Assembly (NCBI GenBank): GCA_036379295.1
Contig: DASVGY010000001.1
Span: forward strand, 1,163 to 65,162
Reading direction: 5' to 3'
From: Pelobium sp.
Lineage (GTDB): Bacteria > Bacteroidota > Bacteroidia > Sphingobacteriales > Sphingobacteriaceae
DNA: 64,000 nucleotides
Shown here: one piece after another, positions 18,432 through 28,201 of the stretch
Numbering within the stretch: the first letter of the stretch is position 1
Layout: each line of letters opens with the position of its first letter
Notes under the pieces: generated by a model
Seen by the model: only the letters and a program-made list of their open reading frames with translations
Told to the model about the DNA's origin: nothing
Database searches by the model: none
Position numbers and translations under genes: made by a program

Positions 18432-20261
18432 ATGGCCAGAAACGGATTAAATAGCAGTTCCACTCCTGCTCAGGAGTTTACAAAATCAAAAATCAACAAA
18501 GAAAATCTGAAGAAAATAAGCGCTTTAATAGCCTACCTAAAACCCTACAAAGGTAAATTTGCCATAGGTATGGTTTTTTTGTTGCTATCAAGCGTTGTTG
18601 GCTTGGTTTTTCCGGCAATAATACAAGTAATGGTAGATGTTGCTACCAATAAAAATCCAAAATACGGACTCCCAAATTCAATCAATGATATCGGCTTGAT
18701 TGCCTTCGGGATTTTATTTATCCAGGCTTTTGTTTCTTTTTTTAGGATCAGGCTTTTTGTTGAGGTTGCAGAGAAAGCCTTGGCAGATATCAGAAGAGAC
18801 ACCTATTTCAGGATGATTACCCTGCCAATGAATTTTTTCGCAAACAGAAGAGTTGGCGAGTTAAACAGTAGAATATCGGCAGATTTATCGCAAATTCAGG
18901 ATACTTTAACCACTACCCTTGCGGAAATGATACGTCAAATTATTTTGTTGACAGGTGGCATCGGAATATTAATCTACGTTTCTGGTAAACTAACTTTATT
19001 TCTACTGTGTATTTTGCCAGTGATTGTTGTTGCCGGCGTTTTTTTTGGAAAAGCCCTCCGAAAAATATCTAAAAGTGCGCAGGATAAATTAGCAGAATCA
19101 AATACAATTGTTGAAGAAACTTTACAAGGAATAGCGAATGTGAAAGCATTTGTAAACGAAGCTTACGAAGCCGCCAGATATGATAAAAGCCTTCGCCAGG
19201 TAGTTAAAATTGCCGTAAGGGGCGCTAATTACCGCGGAATGTTTGCCTCTTTCATCGTTTTTTGCTTGTTTGGAGCCATTATGGGTGTTCTTTGGTACGG
19301 CACTTTTTTAGTTAAACAAGGTGATTTATCGGTTGGCGACCTGCTCGCTTATGTTTTTTACTCTTTTTTTGTGGGCGCAGCAATGGGTAGTTTTCCTGAG
19401 TTGTACGCTAACGTACAGAAAGCAATTGGCGCATCGGAAAGGGTATTGGAAATTTTAGATGAGGAACATGAACCCATTTCAATAGACCATAATGATAATC
19501 AGATTAAATATACCTTAAAAGGCGATGTTAGTTTTAAAAACGCAGCTTTTTCTTACCCATCTCGACCTGATATTACCGTACTAAATGGGGTTTCATTTGA
19601 GGCAAAAGCGGGAGAGAAAACAGCTATCGTTGGCCCATCTGGCGCTGGAAAATCTACCATAGCAAGTTTGATTTTAAAGTTTTACAGTTTGCAAACCGGC
19701 GATATTACCTTCGATGGAAAATCAATTAACGATTTGGCAGTTACCGATATTAGAGCACAGGTGGCAATTGTACCTCAGGATGTAATTTTGTTTGGAGGAA
19801 CAATTAAAGAGAATATTGCTTATGGCAAACTTGGCGCAAGCGATACTGAGATTATTGAAGCTGCTAAAAAGGCAAATGCGCACCAGTTTATTTCGGGATT
19901 TCCGGAAGGTTATGATACGGTGGTAGGAGAACGCGGTGTTAAATTATCTGGCGGACAAAGGCAGCGGATTGCGATTGCGAGAGCTTTATTGAAAGATCCG
20001 GCTATCTTAATTTTAGATGAAGCAACGTCTTCTTTAGATTCTGAATCGGAAAAACTGGTACAAGAAGCTTTAGAAATATTAATGAAAAACAGAACCTCCA
20101 TCATCATCGCTCATCGACTTTCAACGATTAGGGAAGCGAATAAAATTGTTGTTTTGGACCGCGGCCAAATTGTGGAAAGCGGAACGCATAAAGAACTATC
20201 TCAGTTAGAGGACGGTTTGTATAAAAGATTGAGCACCTTACAATTTGAGTACGCTTCTTAG
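18432..20261 (+). CDS. MsbA-like ABC exporter (fused TMD-NBD)
   Basis: About 6 TM helices, then GPSGAGKST, LSGGQRQR, ILDEATSSLD, IAHRLST. Confidence 0.93.
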   Translation: MARNGLNSSSTPAQEFTKSKINKENLKKISALIAYLKPYKGKFAIGMVFLLLSSVVGLVFPAIIQVMVDVATNKNPKYGLPNSINDIGLIAFGILFIQAFVSFFRIRLFVEVAEKALADIRRDTYFRMITLPMNFFANRRVGELNSRISADLSQIQDTLTTTLAEMIRQIILLTGGIGILIYVSGKLTLFLLCILPVIVVAGVFFGKALRKISKSAQDKLAESNTIVEETLQGIANVKAFVNEAYEAARYDKSLRQVVKIAVRGANYRGMFASFIVFCLFGAIMGVLWYGTFLVKQGDLSVGDLLAYVFYSFFVGAAMGSFPELYANVQKAIGASERVLEILDEEHEPISIDHNDNQIKYTLKGDVSFKNAAFSYPSRPDITVLNGVSFEAKAGEKTAIVGPSGAGKSTIASLILKFYSLQTGDITFDGKSINDLAVTDIRAQVAIVPQDVILFGGTIKENIAYGKLGASDTEIIEAAKKANAHQFISGFPEGYDTVVGERGVKLSGGQRQRIAIARALLKDPAILILDEATSSLDSESEKLVQEALEILMKNRTSIIIAHRLSTIREANKIVVLDRGQIVESGTHKELSQLEDGLYKRLSTLQFEYAS

Positions 20262-20385
20262 CTAAGTCAAGAATCGACAATTGGAAAGTAAAAAGTTGAG
20301 CGTAAAAAAAATAAACGATGGAAAGCAGAAATTTTAACCCATCGATTATGTTTGGTTTATCATTAAAATTACAACGCTAAGTTAA

Positions 20386-21789
20386 ATGAAGTTGACCGTT
20401 TGGGGTGCCGCGGAGCAAGTTACGGGTAGTATGCATTTGCTAGAAACAAACGGGTTTCGCATCCTTATAGATTGTGGTTTAAACTATGAGGGCGGCGTTG
20501 ATTTAGCGGAGAACGAAAATTTTCCGTTTGCACCAGCGGATATTGACCTTGTGGTGTTAACCCACGCCCACATCGATCATAGCGGAAACATCCCTACCCT
20601 AATTAAAAATGGTTTTGGAGGTCAGATTTTATGTACGCACCCAACCGCAGATTTAACGCAGCTATTACTTTCTGATTCTGTAAACATCTTTCTGCGCAAA
20701 CAACAGGATAAAAAACGAAGTAGAGGAAAGTTTAAAAAGAACCGATTTGTTAACAACAAACAACCGCTTTACCTACAAAAACATGTTAACGATACCGCGG
20801 ACAGAACCGTGGCTATAGCAATTAACAAACCCTTCAAAATCAATCAAAACATCACGCTAAGGCTGATACCAACCGGACACTTGCTGGGAGCCGCAGCTGC
20901 TCATTTTACGATAAATGAAAATGGTGTAGAGAAAACCATAGCTTTTACCGGCGATATCGGGAGAAAAAATTATCCGGTTTTAACAGACCCTGCTTTTTTG
21001 CCAGAAACCAACTATTTAATTTGCGAATCTACTTATGGAGGGCGTTTCCATTCCACAACCGCTACCTTACAACAAACTTTAATCAACGTAATTACCGAGG
21101 CATGTATTGCGCAACCTGGGCGTTTAATTATACCCGCTTTTAGTGTTGGAAGAACGCAGTCATTGGTTTTTTCTTTAAATAATATTTTTTCAAGCGGCTT
21201 ACTTCCACCAATCCCGGTTTTTGTAGATAGCCCGATGGCGAGTATGGCAACCGAAATTTATCGTAAGCATCATCAATATGTAAGTGATGAGGCTAAATCT
21301 TTTTACAAACAATATGGGAACGAGTATGATTTCGAAAACCTTAGCTACGTAAAAGCGCTTAAGCAAAGTAATGAGATTGCTAACCATTTTGAAGCTTGTA
21401 TTATCATTTCTTCTGCCGGTATGCTTGAGGGCGGAAGAATTCAGGATCATATTTTTAAAAATATTGAGAATTATTATGCCACCTTATTTTTTATCGGGTA
21501 TTGCGCTAAAGGAACTTTAGGCAATAGATTACTACGTGGCGATTCTTTTGTAAACATTAAGGGTAAAGAGCTTACTGTTATGGCAACCATCAAAAAAACT
21601 GATTTATTGAGCGGCCACGGCGACCATGCAGATATTATGGAGTACATTTCTAAAATCCCAAACCACTCTTTAAAAAGGGTGTTTTTAGTTCATGGCGAAC
21701 CAGAAAGTATGGAAGCGCTTAAAGTAAATCTAGAACTTAATAAACTTGAGGTAACTATTCCAAAAAAGGGTGTTAGCTTTGAACTTTAG
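20386..21789 (+). CDS. MBL-fold beta-CASP nuclease
   Basis: VTGSMHL, THAHIDHSG, GHLLG, ESTYG, SGHGD, LVHGE. Confidence 0.9.
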   Translation: MKLTVWGAAEQVTGSMHLLETNGFRILIDCGLNYEGGVDLAENENFPFAPADIDLVVLTHAHIDHSGNIPTLIKNGFGGQILCTHPTADLTQLLLSDSVNIFLRKQQDKKRSRGKFKKNRFVNNKQPLYLQKHVNDTADRTVAIAINKPFKINQNITLRLIPTGHLLGAAAAHFTINENGVEKTIAFTGDIGRKNYPVLTDPAFLPETNYLICESTYGGRFHSTTATLQQTLINVITEACIAQPGRLIIPAFSVGRTQSLVFSLNNIFSSGLLPPIPVFVDSPMASMATEIYRKHHQYVSDEAKSFYKQYGNEYDFENLSYVKALKQSNEIANHFEACIIISSAGMLEGGRIQDHIFKNIENYYATLFFIGYCAKGTLGNRLLRGDSFVNIKGKELTVMATIKKTDLLSGHGDHADIMEYISKIPNHSLKRVFLVHGEPESMEALKVNLELNKLEVTIPKKGVSFEL

Positions 21790-21859
21790 TGGAGTTGTTT
21801 TTAAAGCTAAGCTTACATTTCTGAAAAGTTGGCTGATACTTACTACAAACCGGCTATCC

Positions 21860-22819
21860 TTAAAACTTAAGCCCCAAAACAAACTCGTGTGAACCCGAAT
21901 TAATCGTTTTTATTGGCGATATATTACTGTCATAGGCGTAACCCACCGCTAACATTTTATTTACAGTAAAACCCGTAAACACAGAAAAAGCATCTTTTTT
22001 GCGGAACGAGCCACCCAACCAAAAGTTATTTCTGAAAGATATTTTAAGGTTTAAATCATAGCTTACCGGAAAAGGAGCTACATATTTAGCCATAACAGAG
22101 GGGCAAAAAGAAATATCCTCGCCAACAAAAAATCGGTAACCCCCTGTCAAAAAGTAATGCGAAACCTCGGCGCTTTTATCTGAAATATCATTAAAACTAA
22201 GCTTCTGCTTAATTACCTGTTGCATTGAACCGCCCAGAAAGAATTGAGACGCATAAAGGTAGAAGCCCAGGTTTAAATCTGGTGTCCAATTGATGGTTTC
22301 GCCATTGGTGACCACCGGATCGTTTGGGTCTTCAAAAACAAGTTTGCTACTATTTAAATCAATTCGACTTACGCCGCCGGATACTCCAAAAGAGAGGTTC
22401 GCTATATCGCCCAGCATCAGATGATAAGCATAATTTAAGTTGGCCGTTGTACGGTTTATTGGCCCTGTTTTATCATTTATAAAACTTAAGCCCAGGGCAT
22501 GGTGATTATCGGAAGATAGGTATGAGTCCTTATCAGTCCGGGTGTATGGTTCTTCTACTCCAAAATCTGCTGAGCCAGCCGTTAAAAGGCTGCCGTCAAG
22601 ATTCAGAGGTGTGCTAACTGTGAGATAAGTAGTTTTTGGAGCGTCGTTAATCCCAACCCACTGGTTACGAAACCCCATTTTAACGTTCACATTTTTATAC
22701 ATACCGGTAGCAGCCGGATTAATAATTGCCATATTTTGCAAATACTGTGTATAATAGGGCCTTTGTTGCCCAAAACTGAACTCCGCAAATAACAAGAAAA
22801 GTAACAATAATCTTTTCAT
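21860..22819 (-). CDS. T9SS membrane protein, PorP/SprF family
   Basis: QQRPYYTQY…INPA, RNQWVG…APKT, GYAYD, SHE; directly downstream of a type-B CTD gene. Confidence 0.92.
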   Translation of the reverse strand: MKRLLLLFLLFAEFSFGQQRPYYTQYLQNMAIINPAATGMYKNVNVKMGFRNQWVGINDAPKTTYLTVSTPLNLDGSLLTAGSADFGVEEPYTRTDKDSYLSSDNHHALGLSFINDKTGPINRTTANLNYAYHLMLGDIANLSFGVSGGVSRIDLNSSKLVFEDPNDPVVTNGETINWTPDLNLGFYLYASQFFLGGSMQQVIKQKLSFNDISDKSAEVSHYFLTGGYRFFVGEDISFCPSVMAKYVAPFPVSYDLNLKISFRNNFWLGGSFRKKDAFSVFTGFTVNKMLAVGYAYDSNISPIKTINSGSHEFVLGLKF

Positions 22820-22822
22820 CGT

Positions 22823-25800
22823 TTATCTAAGCAAAGTTACAGACCCAGTGTACCTATTGCGCCCGTTATTTGGCTCAATGATATAATAGTAAACTCCTAC
22901 CGGCACTTCCTGATTATGATATTTGCCATCCCACGGCGTATTGTACTGGTTGGCATAAAATACCTGCTGCCCGGCCCTGTTGAAAATTCGGATGCTTGCT
23001 TTTACAAACGTTTCCAGGTATTTGATAGACCAAAAGTCGTTAACCCCATCCCCATTTGGCGAAAAAACATTCGGAATCATTGGATCATTATGTACCGTTA
23101 CGTTAACTTCTTTTGCAACCAAACAACCCTCTTTTGAGGTCACCGTAAGGGTATATTTAGTAGTTTCAGCTGGGGAGGCAATAGGATTGGCGATACTATC
23201 GTTACTTAAACCAGTTGAAGGCACCCACTTATATTTAAGGATATTTCCAGTAACTTTTGCTTTAATTTGCTTTTCGCCGGCTAACAAGATATCTATGTCT
23301 CCACCGGTTTCTATTGTTGGGATATCAACCACCTGAATTGTATTGGTGATGACTTGCTGACATCCCTTTTCTGAAGTAAAAGTATAAGTGACAAGGTGGC
23401 TGCCCACGCCGGCTACAGCCGGGTCAAAATAATTGTTTATTACTCCATCGCCCTTTAGTTTTGATGTCCCTTTTATCCCTGTTAGTTCTTTAGCGGCCAC
23501 TAACAAAAATTTTGGCGCATTGATACATACTGGGTCAACGTTGTTGAATGCAAGTTCTGGACTACCTAAAACCGTTATCGTAACTGGTGCCGATTCCTGA
23601 AAACAGGATTCGCCAGAGTAAGCTCTAAAAATTACCTGGTAATTTTGAGCTACGGCCGATTTGGGGTATTTATGACTATAAATTTTGTTAAACTCAGGAG
23701 AATTATCAGTGTAAATAACAGGGTTGCCGCCAAGCTTATTTTCAAAAATTATCTCTAGCTTAACAATATTTCCAAACACAATTTTAGAGGTGTTCTTAAA
23801 ATTTACTTCGGTGTTGCTGCATAAATTGTTTTGATCTAAAACCTCGAAACTTACCGACGGATTTGACCCACTAATTTTAATGGTCTTGGTCAAGGTTGTT
23901 ACACATCCCTCGGTAGAAACCACACTCACTTTCACGGTATAAATTCCTGTGCTTAAATATTTGTGTTTAGCGATTTGCTTGCTTTGTTCTGCCACATCTA
24001 TACTACCATCACCAAAATCCCATAGCCAAGAAAGTACATTGCCGCTTTTTACGATGCCGGTAAATGTGACTAAATCGTTGATACAAGAACCGGGATCTAA
24101 AAAATCTATTGAAGGAGGATCTGTCACTTTAATTGTTTTCTCGATTGTTTGTGAGCATCCAATTTTAGAGGTTATTGTTAAACGTACGTTGTAGTTACCG
24201 CTTTTGGTAAATACATGACCGGGATCTTTTTCGGTTGAGGCAGATTGGTCCCCAAAATCCCACAACCAACTGGTAATTCCGCCATCAGTAGAACTACTCT
24301 GATCTTGAAAAACGACCGTTGTATTGGTGCATAAAGGCGTATTAATTTCGAAAGCAGGCAACAATGGTTGAATGACTTCGATTTCTTGTTCAGTAACGCT
24401 TGAGCTGCAGCCTACCTTATTTTCTACGGTTAGTTTAACTTTATACTTTCCTAAATTTGCATAAATATGCGATGGATTTTGTTCAGAAGATGTTTTCCCA
24501 TCGCCAAAATCCCATAACCAAGAGCTAATTGGCATAGTGTTTTGCTGGTTTATAAAGCTAAAGGCGGCCGCTTTGGTGATACAAACTTTTAAAGGCGCCG
24601 TAAAGGCTGCAACCGGTAAATCACTAACTTCAAAAGTGAAATTTATTTTTTCCTCATCTATCGTTGAACACACGTTAGCAGCAGCAGGCAAACTACTGGT
24701 GATCACAATATTTTTTGTTCCGGCAGTATTAAAACTTTTATTAGCTGGGAGCTTAAACTGATATAACAATTTTTTGTTTACAGTAACAGCGCTATAAGCT
24801 GGCTGATCTTGAACTACTGGGTTCGAATTGGCATCCAGCTGCCAAACCAACTTTGTAGGAATATAGGGTAAAAGCAATTTAAAATCATAAGGTTGGTTGA
24901 GGCAGGCAACATCAACAACTTCGTTTGTGCCATATTTAACAGCGTTTACGATGGTTGTTGCAGCCAGGCTGGTACCGGCGGAGTAGGCGTAAGATTCTAC
25001 CGGCCCAAAACCGTAAGCCATTGCGTTAAAGCCCGTATCTGCCGCAAGGCTAAAGTTAGCGCCTAAACTTGTTAAATTAATTTGAGCATAAGCGTAGCTA
25101 TCACCATTTGATGGTAAAGGAAAAAAAGAGCTACTAAAATTTACGTTGTTAATGCTAAAGCTACCCACTTTTGCAGCAGGTATTACTACATTTAAATATT
25201 GCTCTGTGATGGCTAATTTTGAAGAGGAATAAAGTGTTATTTTTTTGATACTATATTCCAAAGGGTTTAAAATTACCATGTCCGGGTCGCCAACAATATT
25301 GTCTGCAAACTCGTTTCTGCTATCAGAACAATATTGGCTAATGGCAAACTGTGCCACCGAAACGGGCTTATCGGCCTGAATTAATGACGGTGAAGTGATA
25401 GGAGGCGAGGTGTAGAAGCCGCCGGCGTTAAGTTGCACAGTTACTCCGTTAACAGTAACCTTGGTGTTATCTTCAGAAGCTATCACCCTAAAAATGCTTC
25501 CGGCATTTCTGTTGTAAAACGGAATCAAAGGAAACGTTTTACCCCAACTATCAGTAGGATAAAGTTGCTGCATCAATGGATCCAGCGTTTCGTGTTTTAG
25601 CAAGAAGATATCACAGGTTGGTGTATTTATCCCAATTCCGGAGCTGCCCGAAAAAACAGCTATCCTTTTACAGGCAGAGGTAAGCGAATCTACCTCTACC
25701 AAAGTGCCAGTAATATCTTGAATGTTTTGGTACTGATAAACATCGCCAACGTTGGTCAAGGTTTCGGAAAATGCCGGCTGCGGTACACCATTTATTACCG

Positions 25801-26326
25801 GTCTAACGTTAATTGTTGTATTGGGCTCAACCGCCACAACTTGCAGCTGCGAATGAAAGTTCTGATTGTTTTCTGGAAGTTGCTCATAAGCCATAGCAAA
25901 ATGCTTTCTTCCTAACGCTTCGTAGGGCAAAACAAGTGTTGCGGCCGACCTGAAACCGGCGAAAACGTGAGCATACACCACCACTTTAGCTTTTCCTTCG
26001 TCCACTTTAACATGTATGCCCTTATTTTTTACAATTTTAGTTCCTGTGCCAATGAAAGAATTACTCCTCGGCACCAATATTTCTACCACCTGATTGGCCT
26101 GTACGGCAAAGGGCATGGAAAAACTACCACATGAGACCACACCGCTGGAATTATTTTGCGAGGTGATAAACAAAGACATTGTAGCGAGGTTGGTACCGGA
26201 GGGTACATGGTCTGGGAAACAAGCCCAAAATTCTAAGCCCTCGTTTGAAATCGTTTGAGCAACTATTTTTTGAGAAACAAGTAAAAAACTTACAACTAAA
26301 AATATAAGTTTATAAACATGCTTCAT
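22823..26326 (-). CDS. T9SS type-B CTD surface protein with IgGFc-binding-like N-terminus and PKD repeats
   Basis: Signal peptide, SNEGLEFW and GDPDM motifs, three WLWDFGD PKD repeats, C-terminal IPNVFSPNGDGVND…GVYYY…GSVTLLR. Confidence 0.88.
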   Translation of the reverse strand: MKHVYKLIFLVVSFLLVSQKIVAQTISNEGLEFWACFPDHVPSGTNLATMSLFITSQNNSSGVVSCGSFSMPFAVQANQVVEILVPRSNSFIGTGTKIVKNKGIHVKVDEGKAKVVVYAHVFAGFRSAATLVLPYEALGRKHFAMAYEQLPENNQNFHSQLQVVAVEPNTTINVRPVINGVPQPAFSETLTNVGDVYQYQNIQDITGTLVEVDSLTSACKRIAVFSGSSGIGINTPTCDIFLLKHETLDPLMQQLYPTDSWGKTFPLIPFYNRNAGSIFRVIASEDNTKVTVNGVTVQLNAGGFYTSPPITSPSLIQADKPVSVAQFAISQYCSDSRNEFADNIVGDPDMVILNPLEYSIKKITLYSSSKLAITEQYLNVVIPAAKVGSFSINNVNFSSSFFPLPSNGDSYAYAQINLTSLGANFSLAADTGFNAMAYGFGPVESYAYSAGTSLAATTIVNAVKYGTNEVVDVACLNQPYDFKLLLPYIPTKLVWQLDANSNPVVQDQPAYSAVTVNKKLLYQFKLPANKSFNTAGTKNIVITSSLPAAANVCSTIDEEKINFTFEVSDLPVAAFTAPLKVCITKAAAFSFINQQNTMPISSWLWDFGDGKTSSEQNPSHIYANLGKYKVKLTVENKVGCSSSVTEQEIEVIQPLLPAFEINTPLCTNTTVVFQDQSSSTDGGITSWLWDFGDQSASTEKDPGHVFTKSGNYNVRLTITSKIGCSQTIEKTIKVTDPPSIDFLDPGSCINDLVTFTGIVKSGNVLSWLWDFGDGSIDVAEQSKQIAKHKYLSTGIYTVKVSVVSTEGCVTTLTKTIKISGSNPSVSFEVLDQNNLCSNTEVNFKNTSKIVFGNIVKLEIIFENKLGGNPVIYTDNSPEFNKIYSHKYPKSAVAQNYQVIFRAYSGESCFQESAPVTITVLGSPELAFNNVDPVCINAPKFLLVAAKELTGIKGTSKLKGDGVINNYFDPAVAGVGSHLVTYTFTSEKGCQQVITNTIQVVDIPTIETGGDIDILLAGEKQIKAKVTGNILKYKWVPSTGLSNDSIANPIASPAETTKYTLTVTSKEGCLVAKEVNVTVHNDPMIPNVFSPNGDGVNDFWSIKYLETFVKASIRIFNRAGQQVFYANQYNTPWDGKYHNQEVPVGVYYYIIEPNNGRNRYTGSVTLLR

Positions 26327-26452
26327 TTTTTAAAAATACCGTTAATTTGATTACGCAAAGTAATAAATATCGAGATTTTTATGTTGGTTTTTGAAAGAAT
26401 ATATTTAAAATATTACGCTAAAAATTGTTAAATCTTTAACTCACCCAAAATA

Positions 26453-26794
26453 TCAGGAAGCAAAACTTAAAACATGTTGAGATAAACGTACCGGGCTTAA
26501 TAAATTTTCGTGTTTTAAGCCGATGGTTAAGTCTAACCAATCTGCGTTTACAGATTTAATCATTCGTTCTTTTTGCATTCTGGTAAATCTGTTTAAAAGA
26601 TTAAACCGGGCGGTTGCGGATGCTTCGTTGTTCAATTCCTCAAAATAAACCAAACGGGTAAGTTGCTGGCTAGCATCAAACATTAAGCTTGGCATTTTCT
26701 TATAAAACTCCATGGTTTTTAAAATATCTGCGCTCAAGCCTACATGCAAGTTATTTCTATTACGGTCAGTTATTATAAATACGTACTTTTTCAT
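26453..26794 (-). CDS. Small degenerate GIY-YIG family protein
   Basis: YVFIITD…LHVG, RLVYFEE, KERMIKSVNADWLDL resemble the small GIY-YIG family. ATG 26794 preferred over 26833. Confidence 0.75.
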   Translation of the reverse strand: MKKYVFIITDRNRNNLHVGLSADILKTMEFYKKMPSLMFDASQQLTRLVYFEELNNEASATARFNLLNRFTRMQKERMIKSVNADWLDLTIGLKHENLLSPVRLSQHVLSFAS

Positions 26795-26886
26795 TTTACA
26801 ATTTTTGCTGTTTTGGTTAAGTAATGAGCTCATATATAACGGTTAAAAAACTGAATTAAAATTCTTTTTCAGTTTCGAAAATTAAT

Positions 26887-26903
26887 TACTAATTTTATTG
26901 GCA
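26887..26903. promoter_or_regulatory. Degenerate second LexA-like box (TACTAA-N5-TTGGCA)
   Basis: Lies 6 nt from the perfect box; 2 mismatches. Confidence 0.5.
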
Positions 26904-26909
26904 TAAAAA

Positions 26910-26926
26910 TACTAACATTTTTAGTA
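26910..26926. promoter_or_regulatory. Putative LexA-like operator TACTAA-N5-TTAGTA
   Basis: Perfect 6-5-6 palindrome 20 nt upstream of the repressor start; the same motif occurs at 38239-38255. Confidence 0.75.
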
Positions 26927-26946
26927 AAAACAAATTTTATTTTCAA

Positions 26947-27723
26947 ATGGGAAAAATATCAGACAACATTAAGTTTCTTAGAAAAAAAAAGGGGCTTACT
27001 CAGCAGCAGTTTGCAGATGAAATGGAGATTAAACGTTCTTTAGTAGGTGCTTATGAAGAAGAGCGAGCCGACCCTAAATATGACTTACTTAAAAAATTTG
27101 CTGATTTTTTTGAACTCACCATTGATGAGTTGATTAACGAAAAAATTGATGCCCTTTGGAAACCAAAGCCTAAGGCAGATGGATCTAACGTTCGCATATT
27201 AAGCATAACGGTAGATAAAGACGATAACGAAAATATAGAACTGGTACCTGTAAAAGCAAGCGCAGGTTACTTAAATGGCTACAGCGACCCAGAATATGTT
27301 GCAAGTTTACCTAAGTTCTCTTTACCGATTTTTAAACAAGGAACTTATAGAGCTTTTGAAATAAAAGGAGATTCAATGTTGCCTCTCCCATCGGGCTCCA
27401 TAATCATAGCTGAATATGTAGAAAACTGGAACGATTTAAAAATCGGCGAAACCGCAGTAGTGATAAGCAGTAACGAAGGTGTGGTTTATAAAAGAATAGG
27501 TTCTAAAATTAAACCTGATAAGGGTATTAAATTAGTTTCGGATAACCAAATTTACGACCCTTACTATATTGCGCCAAGCGAAATTATGGAGATTTGGAAA
27601 GCCAAGGCTTATATATCCACCGAAATGCCTCAACCAACGCCAGAACCCACCATGGAGAGCTTAACTACCATGATGTCTCAGATGCAGCGCTCCATCAGCA
27701 AATTGCAGCAAGAAAAAAATTAG
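26947..27723 (+). CDS. XRE-HTH/S24 self-cleaving repressor (non-canonical LexA-like)
   Basis: N-terminal XRE HTH, ASAG cleavage site, GDSM catalytic Ser, VYKR catalytic Lys. Confidence 0.88.
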   Translation: MGKISDNIKFLRKKKGLTQQQFADEMEIKRSLVGAYEEERADPKYDLLKKFADFFELTIDELINEKIDALWKPKPKADGSNVRILSITVDKDDNENIELVPVKASAGYLNGYSDPEYVASLPKFSLPIFKQGTYRAFEIKGDSMLPLPSGSIIIAEYVENWNDLKIGETAVVISSNEGVVYKRIGSKIKPDKGIKLVSDNQIYDPYYIAPSEIMEIWKAKAYISTEMPQPTPEPTMESLTTMMSQMQRSISKLQQEKN

Positions 27724-27782
27724 CCTAATGTGTTAAACCTTTCTCAGATTTATAAATCATAGAACAATAAATCTCTAAACAA

Positions 27783-28145
27783 ATGAAAAAATACTTAGTA
27801 TCAATTGCGCTATTTACGGTCTTAAGTAGTGCATCCTTCGCTCAAACAAAAACTGCGGAGCAAAGGGCAACCAAGCCAACAGAAATGATGGAAAAAAATC
27901 TTTCTCTTTCTGCTGAACAAAAAACAGCTATCTACAATGCTACTGTTGAAAAGATAAAAGCAATTGATGCTTTGAAGGAAGCTGCGGGAGAAGGTAATAA
28001 ACCAGACGCTGAGCAATTAAAAGCAATTAATAAAAAGTACAACGATGTTGTAAAAGCAACTTTAACCGACGAGCAAAAAGCTAAGGCTAAAGAATTAAAA
28101 GAACAGGCAGCAGCGGCGAAGGCGGGCGCAATGCAACAAAATTAA
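27783..28145 (+). CDS. Secreted helical hypothetical protein
   Basis: Signal peptide ending SFAQ; LSLSAEQK and LTDEQK (LTxxQ-like) motifs. Confidence 0.7.
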   Translation: MKKYLVSIALFTVLSSASFAQTKTAEQRATKPTEMMEKNLSLSAEQKTAIYNATVEKIKAIDALKEAAGEGNKPDAEQLKAINKKYNDVVKATLTDEQKAKAKELKEQAAAAKAGAMQQN

Positions 28146-28154
28146 TTTTCCACT

Positions 28155-28193
28155 AAAAAAACGGGCTCTTTCTTTAAAGATTGAGCCCGTTTT
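28155..28193. terminator. Bidirectional terminator
   Basis: AAAACGGGCTC…GAGCCCGTTTT between convergent genes. Confidence 0.75.
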
Positions 28194-28201
28194 GTTTGTT
28201 T

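Noticed and set aside
26980-26994. A9G / A_AAA_AAG run in the LexA-like gene as a programmed frameshift
   Set aside because: It falls at codons 12-15, and a shift gives only a short peptide with no domain. Kept as evidence that such heptamers arise by chance here, which tempers the copA claim.
26453-27723. Prophage immunity region (CI-like repressor with a divergent gene)
   Set aside because: No integrase, structural or replication phage genes are nearby, and the operator recurs at a chromosomal repair gene.
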